A stretch of DNA of 59,722 nt from a virus (Duplodnaviria; Heunggongvirae; Uroviricota; Caudoviricetes), in the IMG/VR virus record IMGVR_UViG_3300044557_000151, positions 1 to 59,722 of that record, one strand, 5' to 3'. This document shows, in pieces, positions 1 to 10,956 of this stretch. The notes below the pieces were generated by a model. It did not search any database. It was not told where the DNA came from and saw only the letters and a list, made by a program, of their open reading frames with translations. Both the position numbers and the translations under genes were made by a program. Numbering within the stretch: position 1 is the first letter of the stretch; each line of letters begins with the position of its first letter.

Positions 1-40
1 TCCATATCGTCCCCATAAAAGGTTGCGCCAATAATCACGC

Positions 41-1120
41 TTACTCACCTACTTTTTTAATGCTAATTGCGATTCTAAATTCAACGACCTTAATCGATAA
101 ATAGAACGGGCTATCTAACAGGTTCGGAATAATATTGGACCAATGACGTGATGTGAGTCCAGCATACTCCTTCTCCGCTACAACCTTGTCGTCATACTTA
201 TAGAGTTTAAGGTGAATACCCTCACCCTTCTTTGGTGCAATATCAAGAAATACCCCATTCTTGATATTCTGGCACCAAACGTTAATGACTAAGTCACTTG
301 CTGTTGACATTCCCAGGTTAGTGAAGATCAATGGCCCATTTTCCGGAACCATGACCTTATCCCCATCTAGGTACGTGTAGTTATCATCGTTGTCGTTTTC
401 TGAGTTAGGAACATAAGGCTTAACCTGTGTACCAAGGATTTGCTTAAGGTATGATTGAACCAAAGTCTGTCCCTGGTCATCCATACTCTTGGCAGATAAG
501 ACCCCGTCAAACGTCGGAACGATGTACATCGGAATGAACTTCTTCCAGTACTCGTATGACGCTCCACTATGCGTTGTGATAGAAAGCTTAAGCCAGTACG
601 TGACTCCCTTTTTGAGCAACGACATTCTTTCCGTCGCATAGTTGGGCGTTGACCCGTCCGGTGCACGAACTGGAAACGCCTCTACTGTTTGTTTTCTACT
701 ATCGGTTAATGCGAACTGATATGTCTCCATCACTTCGCCGTTTGACTGTTGGTAAACAGCCGTCATCATGAGATCGTCGTTGTATACATACCCCGCAGAG
801 TCGATAGAAGTAAAGTTAATAATTGGACGTGCCAATGTAAGGACTTTGACTTCTTCGGACCACGGGGATTTCTCCCCGCCGACGGTGACACGCACCTTTA
901 CCCAGTAACTCTTCCCATTTTGTAAGGCCTTAGGAGGGATCGTGTGATCGCCGGTAGTCACAGCGTTCGTCTCATCGTAAATTGAGGTTGAATTTCGAAC
1001 TACTTCCCGAATCGAAACTTCATTCTCTTCGGGTTTCCGTTCACCAAGATATAAGAAATGTAGTGCGTAACCTTCAGTTGCGTCAAACGTTTCAATCCTG
1101 TCGATGATTGGTTGTGTCAT
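41..1120 (-). CDS. Virion tail/baseplate-associated protein with fibronectin type III-like N-terminal region
   Basis: 359-aa ORF directly downstream of the tape measure gene. The segment LQNGKSYWVKVRV...SPWSEEV resembles an FN3 beta-sandwich. Function is inferred from position. Confidence 0.5.
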   Translation of the reverse strand: MTQPIIDRIETFDATEGYALHFLYLGERKPEENEVSIREVVRNSTSIYDETNAVTTGDHTIPPKALQNGKSYWVKVRVTVGGEKSPWSEEVKVLTLARPIINFTSIDSAGYVYNDDLMMTAVYQQSNGEVMETYQFALTDSRKQTVEAFPVRAPDGSTPNYATERMSLLKKGVTYWLKLSITTHSGASYEYWKKFIPMYIVPTFDGVLSAKSMDDQGQTLVQSYLKQILGTQVKPYVPNSENDNDDNYTYLDGDKVMVPENGPLIFTNLGMSTASDLVINVWCQNIKNGVFLDIAPKKGEGIHLKLYKYDDKVVAEKEYAGLTSRHWSNIIPNLLDSPFYLSIKVVEFRIAISIKKVGE

Positions 1121-1131
1121 TGAGTCTGTGC

Positions 1132-4100
1132 CTACTTTCCGTTGATAGCTTGATTAATTGCTTGTGGCAATTGAGTCAAAGCGTTTTGTAATTCGTTTGG
1201 ATCAGTGATGTTAGGGAACGAAAGATCCATGTTGTTGATACTGATACCGCCGCCGACTTGTGTTCCGTCAGCCAACGTACCTTTGTATAGTACATTGTTG
1301 AACGCCTTCCCAAAGATATCGCCCAATTGAGAGCTGATATTTTGGAAGGATTCCTGGAATCCATTTACAAGCGTTTGATATCCATCAGAGGACATAGTTC
1401 CAGTATCACTACCGTAAGTCCCGATGATTGCCTGATTCTTATCTAAATAATCTTGATAAACTCCCGAAATATCTGTTGCGTCTCCAAGATGCACGTCTGG
1501 AATATCGTCAAGAACAGGAGAATAGGTATCATTCAAATCTGAGATTTTACTCTTCAAATCATTGACAGATAAATCACCATTCTTTGCCGTATCCAAGATT
1601 GCGCTTAGCTTAGTAACATAATCTGTTCTCGCAGTTTCACGATACTTCGCTAAATCATTCTTGGCAGTTTCGGCCGCCTCTTCTTGAGAATCAATCGTCT
1701 TTTGATCGACAACGTATTGCCAGTCATAAGAGCCATCCTTGTTTTGCACAATCGTCTTGGTCTTGCGATCTTGAGATTGAAGCAACTCATTTTTAGCCTT
1801 CTGGTAGGCGATTTGCTTTTCTAGATATCCAGTTTCCTGAGCTGACACCTTAGATTGCGCGTCCAGAGCTCGAACCTTAGCCTGCATTGCAGTGTCTTCT
1901 GCTTCGGCAGCAGATCGACGCAACTTCTCAAGTTCAATTTCCTTCTGGACACCAGTCAACCAATACTCAGTCGATGTCTTGTATTCATCAGAGGTCATTC
2001 CGTCCAACATGCCTTTTTCAAGGCTTGCTTTCATGATATCTAACTGATTAGTAAAGACATCTTTGTTTGCTGAAAGCAAATCGTTGGTCATTGAAGATAA
2101 GCTAGTCCGAGCGGATTCAACTTGGGTTTCAAATTGCTTCCATTCGTATGAACCTTCTTCAAATTGCGATTGTTCATTCAGTAGCTTCTGGTAAACCGCA
2201 CTCATCGCATTGTATTCAGACTGTTTTCCAGCGTATACGAGAGAAGACATTTGCAGGTTCGCATCTGAGCCAAAACCCATAGTTTTTGCCATGGTCTGGA
2301 GAGATGTTAACTCAGTAGTTTGCTCTTTATATTTGTTGGTTAACTCGGCAATCAAACTAAATTCATAATCGAATCTGGATTTAATTGATGTCTTAATGCT
2401 GTTTTGAGCATCCGTAATCGACTGCTCGTAATCAGAGATTTGTGAATCCAACGTATCACGTTGAGCTGAAGTCAAAGTATCATCGTTCAACAATGCTTGT
2501 GTCTGCTTGATTGCATCCTTATAGGATTCAATGTTCGCCTCGTACATTTGTTGTTGCATGGAGAGTTGGTCCATGATGAACTGGTTGTTTACCGCTTGTT
2601 TTTCTTCATAGGAGTTGGCACTATTCATCATACTTTCATATGAAGCTTTGAGCTGATCTAGCTCTTGCTCATACTTCTTTGTAGTCTGAATCATGTTCTT
2701 CTCGTTAGCATTTAGCGTTTCAGTATTCGAACCAGTATCTGCCATCTTATAATCCAAAGTCGGAATATAATTCGTAAAGTCAGTCTTCTGTCCGTTGCTG
2801 TAAGCTTTAGCCATGTTCGTCAAGGCAGAATATTCATCGGCCTTGATGGAAAGAACAGTCTTGGCAGCGTCCTTTTCGCGTGTAACATTCTTGGACGTAA
2901 AATCAGCCATAGCCTTGTCCAAGTTTGCTTCAAGCTTTAAGCGGTCTTGTTGATACTTTTCAAGTCCAGAGGCTTGGTTGAAATCAAGTACTGTTAAATT
3001 TGACGTATTTAGATCACTGAAATCTGTGCCAGATAACAGCCCATCCTTAAGGTTGGTAATATTATTATCTAACGCAGCGATCTGAGACTTAACTTGAGTA
3101 AAGAACTTGCTAAAGTCATTTCCAAGACGCGCAACCTTGATACTGTTGATTGATTCGCGATAGGTGATAATCGCATCAGCAGCAGTAAGGATTTGAGATT
3201 GCAAACTAGACAATTCGGATTGGTACTTAGTACCTTCGTCAGTCGTCTTTGTTTGAACCTGAGATAATGCCCGGAATTGGCTAATCAGTTGCCCCATCGC
3301 GTCAGTTGCAACTTGAATTCCGTCGTAATTAGCCGCAGTCTTGAGGCCGAAGTCGGTATCAGAGATATACCCAGCCTTCTTGGAAATCAAGTCGATATTG
3401 TTGGTAATGACCTGCATCTTGGCAGTGATTTTGGCAAGATCAGAATCAATCTTAGCCAACTTCAATGTTTCATTTGCAGTCGCAATACTTTCGTTAATCG
3501 TCCATTGTTGCTGTTGCAAATCAGCAATCTTGCTGCTAATTGACGTCAAGCTGGACATCGCCGTGTTATACTTGTTCAGGATTTCTTCGGCATTCTTGGC
3601 GCTAGTCCCTTTCAGGGCACTTGCATGACTAAGGTTTGTGATTTCCCCAGAGCCGTTAGCTCTAAATCCATACTTCCTCAGTTGGTTGAGTAGGCTGGAG
3701 CGTTCACTCGTCGTAGCTTTCTGAAGCGATCTTTGAACTGAAATTTGCTGATTCAAAGAAGAGATTTGCTGTTTGTACAGAGGGATCTGTTTGGCAACAT
3801 CATCCTTAACCTTCGTTAAATCATTTGAAATCTTAGTAAACGCGGCTTCGGCTTTTGGAATGCTGTACAGATTCGTAGTCCAGTAACGCCAAACGTCTTC
3901 TGACATCTTGTAATTCTTTTCATCGTCCGTAGCTGTGGAGGCCGAGTGGACTGCCACAGGCTTATTCAGCGTTGATGAAATGCCTGTTTTAGCGTTTGAG
4001 GAAACAGAGGCAGAAGAGATAGAAGCAGAAATGGAACCGGTACCGAGTGGCTCTGTCACCATGCTTGGAGTAGCAGTTGAAATCGAGTCACTCTTATGAT

Positions 4101-7100
4101 GGGTAATCTTGGTAGTCGTCGATGTGACGCTGACGGAAACACTCTTATTTTGGAGGTGATCATATGCTCTGGTAGTCGAATTTAGTTTGGACTTATCACC
4201 TTTAACATGGACCGTAGCGCCTTTTCCGTTAAGGTTATCTAAGTCCTTTTTTGAACTCTTAATTTTGTTCTTGGCGTCCTTGTTATTCCCCTTGACTTTG
4301 ACAGTCCCACTAGCCTTATCCAGACTCTTTAAGGAGCTCTTTACGCTATCATGAGCTTTATCAAACTTCTTCTTATCACCACTAACCTTAGCAGTTGCCA
4401 TCTTTCCGTCTAAAGCTTTCAATGCGGCTTTCGCATCCTTAGTCGCCTTATTAACCTTTTTGGGGTCGGCTGACAACTCAGAATTACTTTTAACTTTATT
4501 TAAAGCCTTAACCGCGGAATTAGCCTTTTTCAAGGCGGTTGACAATCCTTTATCCTTGGCGGAAACAGATGCCACAGCCTTAGACTTATTCACAACGGCC
4601 ATTTGTTTGTTGACGTCATTTACATTCTTCTTAAAATTCTGAGTTTTAAGATTGGCGGCCATCTCAACGGTACCAGGTAACTCTTTGACGCCAGCCTTGA
4701 CATTTTGTTCCCCATTTAGGAAATTACTAATTTCCATTAACGCCTTAGTACGCTTCTCTTTAGGCATATTTTTAAGAGTCGTCATAGCCTCTTTTAAATC
4801 AATCGTACCATTCTTGTCAGTATCAACAAAATACTTTGTCTTAACATCTTTCGGAAGTGCATTGATCCCATCGAGAAGGTTAGTTACGTTATCGAAGTTG
4901 TAACTTCCATCGTTATTAACTAACGAAAACTGAGTCTTAAGGTCTTTTGGGATACCATTTAAGGCACTAAGAGTCTTTTCGGAAACGGCCCCAGTACTTT
5001 CGTCAATAAACTGGTACTTAGTTTGCTTTTCGGCAGGCAGGGCGTTAATTTCGTCGGTCATCTCCGAGACTTTTTCGCCCCAGTCATCGCCTAACAACAG
5101 GATAGATTTAGCGCTATACCCCATCAACTTGGCACCCTGGTCGCCAAACTTAGCCATTTGATCTACAAGAGCTGTCCCGCCTTTTTCATATGCTGCTACC
5201 GCCGCATCGATATCGTCTTGACTATAGCCTTGCTTATTTAAGACTTCAGACATCTTTGTTTCAGCTGTCTTCTTAGTCTCATTGTTGAGCTTTTCTTGGT
5301 CTGTAATAGCCTTCTGGACTGCCTGAGTATTCTCTTTACTCCATTGTGAAGTCGATTGACTCAGATCGGCATACGCTGGTCCAAGCTTTGCAATCACTTG
5401 TTGGTCATAAACAGTTAAATCTTGATGATTTTTAATCTTTTGATTAATCGAATCATAAATACTATTTTCTTTACTCAATTCAGTTACGGAAATTCCAGCC
5501 ATACCGACGAATGCATTCTGCTTAGCAGTTGTTGACTTCTTGGTTTTGCCCTTAATCTCGTCTGTATCAATCTCTCCGATGCTCGACATCATGGACTTTC
5601 GAACACCATGAATATCATTAACCTGTTTAGCCCACTGCGTTTCCAATTTCTTGAAGGCTTTACTATTTGCAAAGCCATCCAAATCAGAGTTGGCGGATTT
5701 AAGAGTTTCAGAGTATTCTTTGCGGAGTCTTGTTAAAGCTCCACCATCGTGGCTGAGTTGCGCATTGGCGATTTGAGTACTTAGTGATTGTAGTTGGGAA
5801 TTGTGTTGGACCCATTCTGATCTGGCAATCTTAAGTGAGTCATCCCATTTGTCTTGAAGCTTACCACTACTGAAGCTACTTACCTCGCCTAAAGCCTTAT
5901 TTACGGACTTGTTTTCAAGATAGGTTTTTGCCTCTTTGAGGGCGGCCATCTTTGACTGAACATCTTGGTAGTTGTTTACGGAAAGCTTGATATTTAGCTT
6001 CCTGTCTTTTGGAAGCTCTTTATTCAGCTCTTTAACCTGCTGATTAAATGACTTCTTCATTGACTCAAAGTTATCACCGCTGTAAGTCGCTTCTTTACCA
6101 GACTTCTTAGATGCCTCTTCAGCCTTTTTGCTCAGTGCATCGTATTGATCAAGAACTGCTTGGGCTGCATCGTAACGATTCTGTAGAAAACCGTTATTCG
6201 CAAGGCTCTTTTCTATTTTTTCCTGAGATGATGCGTATTTTTTTACTGCGGCATCGGTTTCAGTATATTTTCCTGTTAACTTGCCGAGCCAATTTGACAT
6301 TGTCGAAAATACCGGAACCCCCATTGCGTCCAAAAGACTGAGTGCAGTAATAACTCCACCGATTACTGGTATAGCTTTCGAACCAATACTCATTACCATT
6401 CCAAGTCCACTTGCAGCCTTAGATAGGAAACCCGCCTGTTTAGCTCCGGCAGCAGCTGTTTTTGCGGCGGCGGCTTCTGCTTCCTTAGTCGCCATTCTAG
6501 TGCTTACACCAGGTACATAGTCGGTAGTTGCATTTTCGAGAGCAGATGCGCCCTTCTTTAGCTTTCCGCCCCTTGTTCCAATCCCCTCATTCTTTTCTGC
6601 CGCATTCAGTTTTTCTTGTGCGGCAGTTTTCTCTTTAATGGCAATAATTCCATCCTTAACGCTCGCTAACATCGAAGCAGACGACGCGAGTGAAGATCTC
6701 ATTCCGGAAGTAATTGCTCCAAAAAGCTTACTTGCAGCCGATTGAACCGCTAAGATTGCGGCGGCCTTTAATCCAAATGTTGCAATCTTTCGAATCTTTT
6801 CGTCGCCCGCAAGTTTGGTTATCGTTTTGACTCCATTGGTAAGCGTATCAACGATGTTCCCAATATTTTTTTGTGCATTATTACCACCAGCGACAGATGT
6901 GAGGAATTTCCCCCAGGCGTTCTTCAACGCGACGATATGGAACTGCATACCTGTTTGCTGACGCGCGAATTCTTTATATGCTGAGCCATTGTCCTTATCG
7001 AATAAATCTACTTGTGCTTGGGCTTCTTTTGTAGCCTTTTCAACTCCAGTCCAGTCCTGCATAATACCTGCAAAGACGGCGGCGTGTTGCTTACCAGCAG

Positions 7101-9300
7101 CGTAGAATCCTGCGATTTGCTTATCTGAATCAGATAGCCCGTCCCATTTCTTGCTAATATCCCCAAGAATATCGTAAGTAGAACGTAAATTCCCGTTTCC
7201 ATCTTTAAGAGGGGCACCAATTCTTGTAAAGAAATCGCTCTTTGTTGCATCAGTTTTTGTCAATTTGGCTGAAATCTTACCAAAGTTAACATCCATTGCC
7301 TTTAGCGCTGTACCGATCTTTTCACCACCGGCACGAGTAGATTCCTGAGCCCCTGAGATTAAGCCCGTCAACTGAGCAAAGCTCTCACCAGAGGATGCAG
7401 CAGTTGTCGCCGCACGGGTATAAGCCTTCCCAAGATCGTCCATTTCAATGGCGTTGTCGTTTGCGACCTCGTTCATTGCGTTGACAACGTCTTTGGCGTC
7501 AAGCATATCGCTTTTAAATGCGTTCAACGGAATAGACATATAGTCAACCATGTCTTGTTCGTCAATATTACCAACGAAGCTACCCATTGATGATACCTTA
7601 GATAATTCGATAGATTCTTGGAGTGTCTTACCGGCAGTTGCCCAGCGCTCAACAGATTCAGCATATTGTGTTGCTGATTCTCCAACTGATGTTGCCGCAT
7701 CATAGATATTTGCTCTAAAGTTCTTTAAGGCTCCGTCACTAGCATCGACGACTTTAGTAACGGACATAATTGCAGCATCTACTTCAGCTAAATTATTAAC
7801 TAACTCAGTCCCTGCGCCCCACGCCTGTTGCGCCATGTTAACTGGATCAATCGTCTGATAGATTTGGCGTCCATGCTGCGAGTTCGAATCGGCATTCTTA
7901 GCATCATTAAGCTTTCGTGTATATTTTTCTTCTTGAGCGATTTGCTCGCGAACAATTTCTAGACTCTGCTTACGTGCGCTTGATACTCCACGAATCCCGT
8001 CAGCCTCACTCTCAATAGTTCGAGCTAAGCTCTTTTCGTTAGAAATTTGTTCGCGTAAGACTCTTGCCTCATTGACACCAGCAGAAGATAACCGCTTTTG
8101 CAGTGCCGCAGCGGTGCGAAGGTGAGTCTCTGCTTGGCGATACTTCTCATTCTTTTCTGCAAGCTTTCTAGCATCTGCTTCGGTGGCTTGTGCATCAGCC
8201 TTTTTCGCAGCAGTAATCTTGACTTGGAGCTCATGCTCTTTTTCAAGCTTTGTTAGGTTTTCGGCCTGTTTTGAATTAATATTACCAGTTGCAATTGCAT
8301 CCTCTTTACGACGATTATAAATCGCTTCTAGGGACTGGAGCTGAGAATCGAGAACAGCCTTTTCCTTCTCACCAGCAGACATAATCTTATTGGCGACCTG
8401 AAACATCTCATTATGAATCTGGACTAATTCTTTTGCATTCGAGCTTTGATCGCGCTCATGTTGTGCCGATTCCTTCATTGCTTTTGCAAAGTCAATAGCA
8501 GATTGTTTTGCTCTTACAAATGACGAATCATCAAAATCGATATCCTTAAAGGTATTCCGAAGGGAGTTCATTTCACCTTTAATATCAGTGATACGTTTAA
8601 TCAAAGCCTGAGATGTTGCAGCATCAGATCCCTTGATTTTGGTACTCAAGTTCGATTGCTCTTTGTATAAAGCAACATATTGCTTCATTGCTCCGAGATT
8701 ATCTTGAGTAACCTTCAAAGATTTGGAACCGTTAGCACTCATCGTTGCGACGGCCTTGGCTCCATTATTTAATTCTGCAGTGTATTGAGTTGCAGCATTT
8801 TTACCATTTTTGGTCGTTTCAACAACTTTTTGAATTGATGCAACTAACGCATTAGCCCCAATATTAGACTTGGATACAGCTCGTTGAATTGCATCAAGAG
8901 CCTGTTCCGCCTCCGCGGTCCCAGATCCAACATTAACCGGTGCTGCCTTTGAGTTCCCAGTTGAGTTTGACTCCTTAATTCCGCTCAGCTGTTGGGTATT
9001 GACCTTGATATCAATACCATTCTCCATTTCGGCCCTAAGTTCACGAAACTTCGAATAGGTCTTCGAGATATCATCCGTGACACTTTGGAGATTCGTGGTA
9101 ATTTTAATGTCGTATTTCTGCTCGCCAAGCAGATTTTTGATTCTTGTATTTAGTGATCTCAGGGAGTTCTCGTCCGCTGAAATATTTACCTTGGCATCAA
9201 GGTTAGCTTTAACACCTTTCCACTTCTCCTTAAATGCGGATTCTAATTCGCCTTGAGTTGGAAAGTCTACCTTGACTTTAATTCCAATATTACTTGCCAC
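1132..9300 (-). CDS. Tail tape measure protein
   Basis: 2722 aa, GTG start, Ala/Lys/Ser-rich coiled coil. It has a TP901-type core (NLAEVDAAIMSVTKV...NDNAIEMDDLGKAY...GEKIGTALK) and lies in the tail module. Confidence 0.92.
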   Translation of the reverse strand: MASNIGIKVKVDFPTQGELESAFKEKWKGVKANLDAKVNISADENSLRSLNTRIKNLLGEQKYDIKITTNLQSVTDDISKTYSKFRELRAEMENGIDIKVNTQQLSGIKESNSTGNSKAAPVNVGSGTAEAEQALDAIQRAVSKSNIGANALVASIQKVVETTKNGKNAATQYTAELNNGAKAVATMSANGSKSLKVTQDNLGAMKQYVALYKEQSNLSTKIKGSDAATSQALIKRITDIKGEMNSLRNTFKDIDFDDSSFVRAKQSAIDFAKAMKESAQHERDQSSNAKELVQIHNEMFQVANKIMSAGEKEKAVLDSQLQSLEAIYNRRKEDAIATGNINSKQAENLTKLEKEHELQVKITAAKKADAQATEADARKLAEKNEKYRQAETHLRTAAALQKRLSSAGVNEARVLREQISNEKSLARTIESEADGIRGVSSARKQSLEIVREQIAQEEKYTRKLNDAKNADSNSQHGRQIYQTIDPVNMAQQAWGAGTELVNNLAEVDAAIMSVTKVVDASDGALKNFRANIYDAATSVGESATQYAESVERWATAGKTLQESIELSKVSSMGSFVGNIDEQDMVDYMSIPLNAFKSDMLDAKDVVNAMNEVANDNAIEMDDLGKAYTRAATTAASSGESFAQLTGLISGAQESTRAGGEKIGTALKAMDVNFGKISAKLTKTDATKSDFFTRIGAPLKDGNGNLRSTYDILGDISKKWDGLSDSDKQIAGFYAAGKQHAAVFAGIMQDWTGVEKATKEAQAQVDLFDKDNGSAYKEFARQQTGMQFHIVALKNAWGKFLTSVAGGNNAQKNIGNIVDTLTNGVKTITKLAGDEKIRKIATFGLKAAAILAVQSAASKLFGAITSGMRSSLASSASMLASVKDGIIAIKEKTAAQEKLNAAEKNEGIGTRGGKLKKGASALENATTDYVPGVSTRMATKEAEAAAAKTAAAGAKQAGFLSKAASGLGMVMSIGSKAIPVIGGVITALSLLDAMGVPVFSTMSNWLGKLTGKYTETDAAVKKYASSQEKIEKSLANNGFLQNRYDAAQAVLDQYDALSKKAEEASKKSGKEATYSGDNFESMKKSFNQQVKELNKELPKDRKLNIKLSVNNYQDVQSKMAALKEAKTYLENKSVNKALGEVSSFSSGKLQDKWDDSLKIARSEWVQHNSQLQSLSTQIANAQLSHDGGALTRLRKEYSETLKSANSDLDGFANSKAFKKLETQWAKQVNDIHGVRKSMMSSIGEIDTDEIKGKTKKSTTAKQNAFVGMAGISVTELSKENSIYDSINQKIKNHQDLTVYDQQVIAKLGPAYADLSQSTSQWSKENTQAVQKAITDQEKLNNETKKTAETKMSEVLNKQGYSQDDIDAAVAAYEKGGTALVDQMAKFGDQGAKLMGYSAKSILLLGDDWGEKVSEMTDEINALPAEKQTKYQFIDESTGAVSEKTLSALNGIPKDLKTQFSLVNNDGSYNFDNVTNLLDGINALPKDVKTKYFVDTDKNGTIDLKEAMTTLKNMPKEKRTKALMEISNFLNGEQNVKAGVKELPGTVEMAANLKTQNFKKNVNDVNKQMAVVNKSKAVASVSAKDKGLSTALKKANSAVKALNKVKSNSELSADPKKVNKATKDAKAALKALDGKMATAKVSGDKKKFDKAHDSVKSSLKSLDKASGTVKVKGNNKDAKNKIKSSKKDLDNLNGKGATVHVKGDKSKLNSTTRAYDHLQNKSVSVSVTSTTTKITHHKSDSISTATPSMVTEPLGTGSISASISSASVSSNAKTGISSTLNKPVAVHSASTATDDEKNYKMSEDVWRYWTTNLYSIPKAEAAFTKISNDLTKVKDDVAKQIPLYKQQISSLNQQISVQRSLQKATTSERSSLLNQLRKYGFRANGSGEITNLSHASALKGTSAKNAEEILNKYNTAMSSLTSISSKIADLQQQQWTINESIATANETLKLAKIDSDLAKITAKMQVITNNIDLISKKAGYISDTDFGLKTAANYDGIQVATDAMGQLISQFRALSQVQTKTTDEGTKYQSELSSLQSQILTAADAIITYRESINSIKVARLGNDFSKFFTQVKSQIAALDNNITNLKDGLLSGTDFSDLNTSNLTVLDFNQASGLEKYQQDRLKLEANLDKAMADFTSKNVTREKDAAKTVLSIKADEYSALTNMAKAYSNGQKTDFTNYIPTLDYKMADTGSNTETLNANEKNMIQTTKKYEQELDQLKASYESMMNSANSYEEKQAVNNQFIMDQLSMQQQMYEANIESYKDAIKQTQALLNDDTLTSAQRDTLDSQISDYEQSITDAQNSIKTSIKSRFDYEFSLIAELTNKYKEQTTELTSLQTMAKTMGFGSDANLQMSSLVYAGKQSEYNAMSAVYQKLLNEQSQFEEGSYEWKQFETQVESARTSLSSMTNDLLSANKDVFTNQLDIMKASLEKGMLDGMTSDEYKTSTEYWLTGVQKEIELEKLRRSAAEAEDTAMQAKVRALDAQSKVSAQETGYLEKQIAYQKAKNELLQSQDRKTKTIVQNKDGSYDWQYVVDQKTIDSQEEAAETAKNDLAKYRETARTDYVTKLSAILDTAKNGDLSVNDLKSKISDLNDTYSPVLDDIPDVHLGDATDISGVYQDYLDKNQAIIGTYGSDTGTMSSDGYQTLVNGFQESFQNISSQLGDIFGKAFNNVLYKGTLADGTQVGGGISINNMDLSFPNITDPNELQNALTQLPQAINQAINGK

Positions 9301-9342
9301 GTAGATAGTCCCTTCTATCTACGTCTACCCTAGAAACCCTAC

Positions 9343-10374
9343 CTACATAAGCTCGTTGATTTCTTTTAATACTTCTGATTCATCTTTACGTTTCATATAG
9401 AAGCGAGATGTCGTTTCCAAGGAAGCATGATGAGCGAGCTCTTTTGCTAAGTTAATATTCTTTTGGCCGACCTGATTCAGCCGAGTCTTTCTAATACAGT
9501 GAGGACGGAAATCGCCAACACCGATAATTTCACCAATTTTACGAACACGAACGGTTAATGATTGAACAGAAAGTCCGCGCCATTCGCCCTTATATCGACT
9601 AAAGAACAGCTCATCGCAATCAACGCCCATTAATTCGCGATATTCAAAATACTTCTTCAGTCGCTCTTTCGTCTTTTCGGAGAATGGAATTGTGACCATC
9701 TTGCCACGCTTTTCACGAATATTCTTAAATCCGCGTGCCTCCATATCTAGGCTAGATAAGCTCAATCGATGCAACGCACCAATACGTGCAGCAGAGTCAT
9801 ATGCGATACTCCATAGGATCAAGTCCTGCCAGTCGTATCGAGATGGTTCGCCCTTCTCAACTTTATCCAGTTCGGCGTCAATCCGTTCGCAGTCATCTTC
9901 ATCCAAGAAGTACACAGAGATGATTTTTTCGTCTTGAGCGCCCTTCATCCGATCAAGCTTGCCATCAAACGGATGTGATCGAACCTTACCACGCTTAACG
10001 GCCCAGATATAGAATGAGCTAACAGCAGACAATTTAGTATTAATGACCTTCTTGCCATTGTGTAATTCATCTTGAAGGAAGACCATATAATCTTCCATGA
10101 TATCAATCATGTCATTTTCAAGAACGTCCGTGTCGTTGATAATATCAAAGTTATCCCACTTCTCCATGATGAAGCATAACCAAATGTTAAAATAGCTTTG
10201 ATACGTCTTGTACGTTGTTGAAGCTACATCTTTATTCTTACTAATATTTGAGCGAAGATACCGATCGTAGATAGCTAAATTCTTTGGATTTACTTTTGCC
10301 ATCCGTTCTTTTGTTGCATATCGAACCGTCTTATGACGACCAGCAGTATCGTATTTTAATTCTTGTTGTTCCAA
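9343..10374 (-). CDS. Tyrosine recombinase (XerC/D-like; positional analogue of SPbeta YomM)
   Basis: Catalytic set is visible: R (SAARIGAL), K (EKRGK), HxxR (PHCIRK), H (LAHH), Y (TSRFY). There is an N-terminal SAM-like region (TYKTY...KVINTKLSAVSSFY). Confidence 0.9.
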   Translation of the reverse strand: MEQQELKYDTAGRHKTVRYATKERMAKVNPKNLAIYDRYLRSNISKNKDVASTTYKTYQSYFNIWLCFIMEKWDNFDIINDTDVLENDMIDIMEDYMVFLQDELHNGKKVINTKLSAVSSFYIWAVKRGKVRSHPFDGKLDRMKGAQDEKIISVYFLDEDDCERIDAELDKVEKGEPSRYDWQDLILWSIAYDSAARIGALHRLSLSSLDMEARGFKNIREKRGKMVTIPFSEKTKERLKKYFEYRELMGVDCDELFFSRYKGEWRGLSVQSLTVRVRKIGEIIGVGDFRPHCIRKTRLNQVGQKNINLAKELAHHASLETTSRFYMKRKDESEVLKEINELM

Positions 10375-10386
10375 TTAGACGCCATC

Positions 10387-10893
10387 CTATACTACTTCGA
10401 CGTCATACCCCTTAGACCTGAGAGACAAAACCATTTTCGCTAAAAGCTTTCTGTCCATCCCGTTTTCATATTTCTGGATGAAGTTAGACGGTTTCATCTC
10501 GTATAGAGACCCATTACTCTTGCTTGCACCTGTGTCCATGATTTTAACAAGGAAGTCATCGTTCACAGGCTTCGGTGTACTGTGCATACTTTCATGAACA
10601 TTCCATTTTCCCCGTGACATCGTTTGCATATGAATCTTTTCAGAATCGAAAATGATCTGAAAGCTCACACTGCCACCGCTCTTGTTCATCTTATTTTGTT
10701 TTAAACTTACAGAATTCAGAAAATCACCAGTTCTCGTATACCATTGAGAATTGCCACTTCTGAGACTGTAAACATCAGTTCTGATATGCTCTTGAATTGT
10801 TTCAATGACTACCTCGACCAAGTCTTTTGCGGCAGTCTCATAAATATCGTTAGCTAAATGTTTTCCGAATGCTTCGGGCGAATCGAATTCCAT
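10387..10893 (-). CDS. Hypothetical tail/neck protein
   Basis: 168-aa ORF with SD GAGG. The YTRTGDFLNSV motif resembles HK97 gp10-like tail completion proteins. Confidence 0.4.
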   Translation of the reverse strand: MEFDSPEAFGKHLANDIYETAAKDLVEVVIETIQEHIRTDVYSLRSGNSQWYTRTGDFLNSVSLKQNKMNKSGGSVSFQIIFDSEKIHMQTMSRGKWNVHESMHSTPKPVNDDFLVKIMDTGASKSNGSLYEMKPSNFIQKYENGMDRKLLAKMVLSLRSKGYDVEVV

Positions 10894-10912
10894 AAATCAC
10901 CTCGTAGACACA

Positions 10913-10945
10913 AAAAGTAGGACATCTAAATGTCCTACCCTTTTA
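10913..10945 (-). terminator. Intrinsic terminator
   Basis: Minus strand reads GTAGGACAT-TTAG-ATGTCCTAC followed by TTTTTG, just after the stop of 10957..11673. Confidence 0.75.
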
Positions 10946-10956
10946 AATTCCCCATG

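Noticed and set aside
1176-9937. Short ORFs overlapping the tape measure and recombinase genes
   Set aside because: They are fully nested in long genuine CDSs, with no ribosome binding sites or recognisable motifs.
9343-10374. The recombinase as the protelomerase for the 46-bp palindrome
   Set aside because: Its size and RHRH-Y motifs fit an ordinary XerC/D-like enzyme. I see no TelN/ResT-specific features, so it is left only as something to test.
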